Virus record (IMG/VR): IMGVR_UViG_2767802123_000001
Span: 31,727 to 95,726 of that record
DNA length: 64,000 nucleotides
From: a virus
Taxonomy: Duplodnaviria; Caudoviricetes
Reading direction: 5' to 3' (one strand)
The position numbers and the translations under genes are program-made. The number at the start of each line of letters is the position of its first letter. Positions within the stretch are counted from its first letter, which is position 1. Positions 58,902 to 64,000 of this stretch are shown piece by piece. The notes under the pieces were generated by a model that did no database searches, had not been told where the DNA came from, and saw nothing but the letters and a program-made list of their open reading frames with translations.

Positions 58902-59615
58902 ATGACGCAGACCACGGAACCCCTTGCGGTCATCGTCCCCACGCGCGGACGACCGCAGAACGCGACCCGGCTCCAGCAGGCCTTCCGCAACACCGACTCC
59001 CTGAACGCCACGCTGGTCTTCGTAGTCGACGCCGACGACCCCGAACTGCCCGCCTACCGCGAGGCCCTGAGCGGAGCCATGCTGATGGTCTTCGGAGGCG
59101 AGACGGGCACCGGCATGGTGGCCGCTCTGAACCGGGCCGCCGACCTGCTCGCCCCGCAGTACGGCGCACTGGGATTCATGGGCGACGATCACCTGCCACG
59201 CACGGCCGGGTGGGACGCGCACGTGCTCGGGGCGCTGCGCTCCCCTTGGCCGCAGATCGTCTACGGCAACGACTTGTTCCAGGGCGAGCGGCTGCCGACG
59301 GCCGCCTTCCTGCCGTCCCGAGTGGTGCAGGCGCTGGGGTACATGGCGCCGCCGGTGCTGCGGCACCTGTACGTCGACAACTTCTGGCTGGAGCTGGGCC
59401 AGCAGCTCGGAGGCCTCACCTACCTGCCGGACGTCGTCATCGAGCACGTCCACCCAGCGGCCGGGAAGACCGCGATGGACGCCGGCTACGCGGCGGTCAA
59501 CGCCCCCGAGGCCGACGTGGCCGACCGGCTCGCGTGGCTGGAGTTCCGCGACGGCGGCGGGTTCGACGAGGCCGTGCGCAGGGTGCGTACCGAGTACGCG
59601 CGGGCGGCGGCGTGA
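58902..59615 (+). CDS. GT2-like glycosyltransferase
   Basis: VIVPTRGRP, FMGDDH, HLYVDN; late promoter directly before ATG (likely leaderless). Confidence 0.8.
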   Translation: MTQTTEPLAVIVPTRGRPQNATRLQQAFRNTDSLNATLVFVVDADDPELPAYREALSGAMLMVFGGETGTGMVAALNRAADLLAPQYGALGFMGDDHLPRTAGWDAHVLGALRSPWPQIVYGNDLFQGERLPTAAFLPSRVVQALGYMAPPVLRHLYVDNFWLELGQQLGGLTYLPDVVIEHVHPAAGKTAMDAGYAAVNAPEADVADRLAWLEFRDGGGFDEAVRRVRTEYARAAA

Positions 59616-60520
59616 GCACGCCCCGGGCGCTGGTGACCGGCGACCGTGGGTTCCTCGGCCGGCACTTCAAGGCTGAGCTGCGCCGGCGCGGGTACGAGGT
59701 GCACGGCCTGGACGTGAAGGCGTCCCCGGCGCAGGACTGCCGGCTGTTCTTCCGCGAGTGCCTGAGCAAGGGTTCGGTGCCGGGGCTGTGGGACCTCGTC
59801 GTGCACTGCGCGGCCGTGGTCGGCGGCCGGGCGACGATCGACGGCGATCCGCTCGCCACGGCGGAGTCGCTGAGCATCGACGCGGAGATGTTCCGGTGGG
59901 CGGCCGTCGCGCGGCCGGGCAGGGTGCTGTACTTCAGCTCCAGCGCGGCGTACCCGGTGGCGTACCAGACCGGGACATGGCGGGGCGAGACACTGCGCGA
60001 AGACGATCTCTGGCTTTCCCGCACGGTCGGCATGCCGGACCAGGTGTACGGCTGGACCAAGGTGACCGGCGAACTCCTCGCGGCCCGCCTCCGCGACAGC
60101 GGAGTGCCGGTCACCGTCGTGCGGCCGTTCTCCGGGTACGGCGAGGACCAGGACGATACGTACCCGTTCCGCGCGATCCTCGGCCGGGTGCTGCGCCGCG
60201 AGGACCCGCTGGAGGTCTGGGGCACCGGCGAGCAGGTGCGCGACTGGATCCACGTGGACGACCTCGTCGCCGGGGCGCTCGCCGTCGCCGAATCGGGCAC
60301 CGAGGACCCGGTGAACCTGTGCACTGGCCGGGCGACGTCGTTCCTGGACCTGGCCCGGATGATGGCCGACGTCGCTGAGTACAGCCCGGAGATCAAGCCG
60401 CTGGCGGACAAGCCGGCCGGCGTGGCGTACCGCGTGGGCGACCCTGCCCGGATGCGCCGCTTCTACGAGCCGAAGGTGGACCTGATGGACGGGATCCTGC
60501 GGGCGCTGAACGTGATCTGA
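59612..60520 (+). CDS. NAD-dependent nucleotide-sugar epimerase/dehydratase
   Basis: TGDRGFLG, SSSAAY, YGWTK, RDWIHVDD. Confidence 0.85.
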   Translation: MSTPRALVTGDRGFLGRHFKAELRRRGYEVHGLDVKASPAQDCRLFFRECLSKGSVPGLWDLVVHCAAVVGGRATIDGDPLATAESLSIDAEMFRWAAVARPGRVLYFSSSAAYPVAYQTGTWRGETLREDDLWLSRTVGMPDQVYGWTKVTGELLAARLRDSGVPVTVVRPFSGYGEDQDDTYPFRAILGRVLRREDPLEVWGTGEQVRDWIHVDDLVAGALAVAESGTEDPVNLCTGRATSFLDLARMMADVAEYSPEIKPLADKPAGVAYRVGDPARMRRFYEPKVDLMDGILRALNVI

Positions 60521-60598
60521 CATCAGGGGTTGTGCCTCCCTCGGGACTATGATTTAATTAAGTCATCGAGAGGGACCGACCAAGGAAAGCAGGACATC

Positions 60599-61033
60599 AT
60601 GGGCGAGCAGGCCAAGGTCTACGAGCGGACCGAGAACGGCACCGTCACCCACGTCTCCATCCGCGAGGGCCTGGCCGAGATCAACCACGCGATGCTGGAC
60701 GGCAAGCGCGAGGTCCGGACGATGTCCTCCATCACCCGCACCGACTTCGCCATCGAGTACAAGGACGGCCGTAAGGTCCGCCTGGTCCGCGTGGACGCCA
60801 CCGCCGAGCAGCCGGCCGAGACCGACGAGCGCCCCGACGCGTGGACCGTGGCCAGCCACAGGACCCTGCTGCACCGCTTCACGCAGGCGGACGAGGACGG
60901 CCGGGCCCTGTGCAACAAGAGCTTCCGCCCCTACCGCTACGGCAACGGCTACGACTTCAAGACGAAGGCCGAACAGCAGGCGGACAAGTACGCGCACCTG
61001 TACACCTTCTGCCCCCGCTGCGAGGCGAAGTAG
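60599..61033 (+). CDS. Hypothetical protein
   Basis: Operator 60550-60565 and leader upstream. Confidence 0.65.
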   Translation: MGEQAKVYERTENGTVTHVSIREGLAEINHAMLDGKREVRTMSSITRTDFAIEYKDGRKVRLVRVDATAEQPAETDERPDAWTVASHRTLLHRFTQADEDGRALCNKSFRPYRYGNGYDFKTKAEQQADKYAHLYTFCPRCEAK

Positions 61034-61090
61034 GAACCCCGCCCGGGAGCCCCACCGGCTCCCGGGCCTGACCACGGAATCGAGGAACGG

Positions 61091-61285
61091 ATGAGCGCCC
61101 GCTGCTTGGCCACCACGTCAAACGGCTACGGCTGCATCAATTCAGTGCAGCCCGGCCGGACGGTGTGCCCAGCCCATGACCCGGCCCGCCAGTGCGGCGC
61201 CCCCACGCGGAGCGGCGGGAAGTGCAAGCGGATGAAGATGCAGGGGCACCTCCGGTGCTCGAAGCACACCACGACGAACGGCTGA
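61091..61285 (+). CDS. Small Cys/His zinc-finger protein
   Basis: Two C-x8-C...CxxH units. Confidence 0.6.
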   Translation: MSARCLATTSNGYGCINSVQPGRTVCPAHDPARQCGAPTRSGGKCKRMKMQGHLRCSKHTTTNG

Positions 61286-61303
61286 CCAAGGAACGAGGAC
61301 CGC

Positions 61304-61648
61304 ATGACCGACATGAACCCCCGGCCGCTGCTGGCGCACGCGCACGAAGAGGCCGACGCGTACCTGATGCGCAAGGCGATGGAAGGCTCCATGACGCCCG
61401 GCGTCGCCAAGGACATGGCGACCACCGGCTTCACCGCCGTGACCCGCACGCTCTCCTACCTGCGCACGCGGGACGGCCTGAGCGAGCAGGCCATCGTGGA
61501 CAGCTTCCAGCGACAGCTCGGCAAGGCCCGCGAGGCTGGCGACGAGCAGCGCGTCATCGCGGCGGAGTTCACCCTGGCCGTGTGGGACGGCATGCAGCGC
61601 GACCTCGCCGAGTACCTGCGCGACGCCGGGGCGGAGGCGCAACGGTGA
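61304..61648 (+). CDS. Hypothetical protein
   Basis: Leader motif upstream. Confidence 0.6.
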   Translation: MTDMNPRPLLAHAHEEADAYLMRKAMEGSMTPGVAKDMATTGFTAVTRTLSYLRTRDGLSEQAIVDSFQRQLGKAREAGDEQRVIAAEFTLAVWDGMQRDLAEYLRDAGAEAQR

Positions 61649-61947
61649 ACGCCAAGAGGTATCGCGTCCAGTGCCTCAATCCGCAGTGCGGGTGGGTCGG
61701 GTATCGCAGCAACGCCTACGAGTGCGAGTGCTACGACTACCCGTGCCGCCCCACGGCGCCCGGATCAGGGTGCCCCAACGGCGCTAACCTGCGTGCTCGC
61801 TGCCCGCGATGCAAGAGCGACTGGACTCCGGCCCGCCGGGACCTGTTCCGGTCGGAGTACTTCACCGTGCGCGAGACCTGGAGCCGCGAGTACGCGGCGC
61901 AGATCCTTCGTGGCCGGGCCAAGCTGCGGAAGGAGGCACGGCAATGA
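61645..61947 (+). CDS. Cys-rich hypothetical protein
   Basis: GGAGG RBS, GTGA overlap. Confidence 0.55.
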   Translation: MNAKRYRVQCLNPQCGWVGYRSNAYECECYDYPCRPTAPGSGCPNGANLRARCPRCKSDWTPARRDLFRSEYFTVRETWSREYAAQILRGRAKLRKEARQ

Positions 61948-62255
61948 GCCGAAGCGCCGGCCCGCCCTGCGGCAACAACCCGGCCTTCCGCATGAGCCCA
62001 GGGGACCGGGCCGCCGTGGCGGAGTTCATGGATTACCTGGACGACCGACGGCTGGCCGACGCGGAGCCCGAGCCGATCCGGGACGAGGACCCGTTCGGCC
62101 CGTGGGAGTTCGTGGAGATCTGGAACCAGTGCGCGGGCCACGGCGACGAGTGCATGTTCAACCGCTGCACCGGCCGGGAGTCCACCTGCCGGTGTATGTG
62201 CCCGGTCTGCCTCGGCGAGACCCCGCAGGACTACGGCTTTGACGGCGACTACTGA
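61944..62255 (+). CDS. Cys-rich hypothetical protein
   Basis: AGGAGG RBS, ATGA overlap. Confidence 0.55.
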   Translation: MSRSAGPPCGNNPAFRMSPGDRAAVAEFMDYLDDRRLADAEPEPIRDEDPFGPWEFVEIWNQCAGHGDECMFNRCTGRESTCRCMCPVCLGETPQDYGFDGDY

Positions 62256-62274
62256 TCAAGGAATCGAGGAACCC

Positions 62275-62700
62275 GTGACCTCTCAGCAAGAGCCGATGGA
62301 CGTCGAGCAGGCCGTGCAGAACCTCGACCGCGCCCTGCACGACCCGGCGCGGCGGAGCGACGCCGTGGGTGATCTGTTCTCCGCTCTCGGGGCCGCCGCT
62401 CAGCAGATGGCAGACCAGCGGCGTGCCGCCCGTGCGGTTCTGCGAGAGGCTCGCCGCAACAACCCCGTGACGCGCGCCAACCGCGCCGCCGGTGCCCGCA
62501 AGGGCTGGGAGACGCGCCGGTCCCGGGAGGAACGGGAACGCCTCCTCGATTCGATCGGGGACGACCCGCGCCGTTCCGGCCCCGTATGCGACGAGATGAA
62601 CCACAACTCCGTTGGCTCCGAGGTGTTCTGCCAGCTCGAACCGGGTCACGACGAGGATCACGACGACGATTGCGGAACCACCTGGGAGCGCGAGGACTAG
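62275..62700 (+). CDS. Hypothetical protein
   Basis: Leader motif; ARKGWETRR. Confidence 0.6.
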   Translation: MTSQQEPMDVEQAVQNLDRALHDPARRSDAVGDLFSALGAAAQQMADQRRAARAVLREARRNNPVTRANRAAGARKGWETRRSREERERLLDSIGDDPRRSGPVCDEMNHNSVGSEVFCQLEPGHDEDHDDDCGTTWERED

Positions 62701-62730
62701 CCCGACCCGACCAAGGAATGAGGAACCCCG

Positions 62731-62961
62731 ATGAAGTACTCCCTGACCCGCACGCTCCCCGACGGCACCGAGCGGACAAACCCGACGGCCCTGCACACGC
62801 TGCGCGAGGTGGAGGTGGCCGTCGCGTACTGCCTGATGGACAACTCCCGCGTGCCGCGCGGCGAGGCGCGGACGTTCGCCGCCGGTTTCGTCGGCCGGCC
62901 GCTCGGCGAGGCGGTCAAGCACGAGTCGTCCGGCTACGCGTTCCGCGTGGACCGTGCCTGA
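62731..62961 (+). CDS. Hypothetical protein
   Basis: Leader motif; hairpin at about 62987-63017. Confidence 0.6.
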   Translation: MKYSLTRTLPDGTERTNPTALHTLREVEVAVAYCLMDNSRVPRGEARTFAAGFVGRPLGEAVKHESSGYAFRVDRA

Positions 62962-63098
62962 CCGCGTGTAGAAAATTTTCGACATGGAGCCCCGGAGCCC
63001 TGCGGCCCGGGGCTTCGTTGCGTCCCGGGGTTGTCCGGTCGGCAGACCTATGATTTAATTAAGTCATCGGGAGAGACCGACCAGGGAACGAGGAAGTC

Positions 63099-63482
63099 AT
63101 GGCCACGGCATACCGGGTGATCGGCACCACGGACGAGTCCACCGAGTGCGACCTGTGCGGCAAGGTGGAGCTGAAGGCCACGGTCATGCTCGTCCCGCTC
63201 GACGCCGACGGCAACGACGACGGCGACGTCTGCTACTTCGGGACGTCCTGCGCCGCCAAGGCGGCCGGCTGGACCGTTCGCGAAGTCCGCGCCGGCATCC
63301 GGCGCGCGGCGGCCGAGGAGCTGGCGGCCGAACGGTCCCGGCGTATCGCCGAGCGCGAGGCGGAGACGAAGGCGTACAACGCCTGGGTGGCCGAGACTTA
63401 CGGCACCTGCGTGAAGGACGCGATTCAGAAGCACGGCGTAGCCGGTCTCTGGGCTCAGTTCCGCGCCGCGCAGTCGGCCTGA
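63099..63482 (+). CDS. Hypothetical zinc-binding protein
   Basis: CDLCGK..YFGTSCA; operator 63051-63066. Confidence 0.65.
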   Translation: MATAYRVIGTTDESTECDLCGKVELKATVMLVPLDADGNDDGDVCYFGTSCAAKAAGWTVREVRAGIRRAAAEELAAERSRRIAEREAETKAYNAWVAETYGTCVKDAIQKHGVAGLWAQFRAAQSA

Positions 63483-63561
63483 CCACCCGGGCCCCTGAGC
63501 CAGTTGGTGATTCCGGGGCCCTGCACCACCCTGACCAAGGAACTGAGGAATCGAGGACGCC

Positions 63562-63810
63562 ATGCGAGCCAAGACGCCCGAGGGCCAGCGACTGGAAGCT
63601 GCCGCACGGGAGAAGCTGAGCCGTCTGACGGACGAGAAGCTGTCCGTGACGTGGCTGCTCACCGGGACCATGCCGATGAGCGAGGAACTGGCCGTGACGC
63701 GGGGCTGGCTGATGGACGAGCTGGAGGCCCGCATGGGCGAGGAGAAGTTCGACGCGTGGCTGTGGACCGACGGTGACGCCGTGGACCCACTCCCGTTCCT
63801 GGCCGGCTGA
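63562..63810 (+). CDS. Hypothetical protein
   Basis: Leader motif upstream. Confidence 0.6.
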   Translation: MRAKTPEGQRLEAAAREKLSRLTDEKLSVTWLLTGTMPMSEELAVTRGWLMDELEARMGEEKFDAWLWTDGDAVDPLPFLAG

Positions 63811-63812
63811 CC

Positions 63813-64000
63813 ATGGACCGCATCTGGCGGGACGTCCGCAGCATCGACGAACTCGGCGCGGCGATGGCAGGGTGGCTGGAGGGACGCATCGCCTCACAGC
63901 CAGGCTGCTCGGTCGGCCCCGACGAGGAGACCGCGCACCTGGTGCCGGTGCTCGCCCGGCTTAACCGACGCGGCTGGGTCACCACCTGCTCGCAGCCCGG
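63813..64000 (+). CDS. DUF6919-like protein, partial
   Basis: WLEGRIASQPG..DEET..LNRRGWVTTCSQP. Confidence 0.55.
   Translation, partial: MDRIWRDVRSIDELGAAMAGWLEGRIASQPGCSVGPDEETAHLVPVLARLNRRGWVTTCSQP

Overview
High-GC (Streptomyces-like) temperate phage or phage-plasmid segment; no host genes are recognisable. Left arm (minus strand): tail-tube-like gene, two capsid proteins, a 2H-phosphoesterase/MuF/protease fusion and the portal. About 11 kb of inserted cassettes follow (ATP-grasp RiPP pair, GntR, tyrosine recombinase, holin), then an intein-split large terminase, an Rpf/NlpC/LysM hydrolase and the small terminase. Next come a DNA-modification operon and a primase-helicase-PolA fusion. Right arm (plus strand): helicase, exonuclease, tRNA-like RNA, SSB, RuvC, a Streptomyces-type TraA/TraB/Spd conjugation module, glycosyltransferases and many small genes. 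Best candidate for a new system: the operon ParB-N / C5-cytosine transferase with Asn->Arg in motif X / glutamine amidotransferase (AsnB-like) / CmoA-like carboxy-SAM synthase. It predicts carboxymethylated, then amidated (carbamoylmethyl), cytosine in phage DNA. Other highlights: a phage-borne two-core graspetide, a zinc-finger gene nested out of frame inside the terminase intein, conjugation genes on a phage, and two genome-wide promoter motif families. All calls come from reading motifs by eye; no searches were run.
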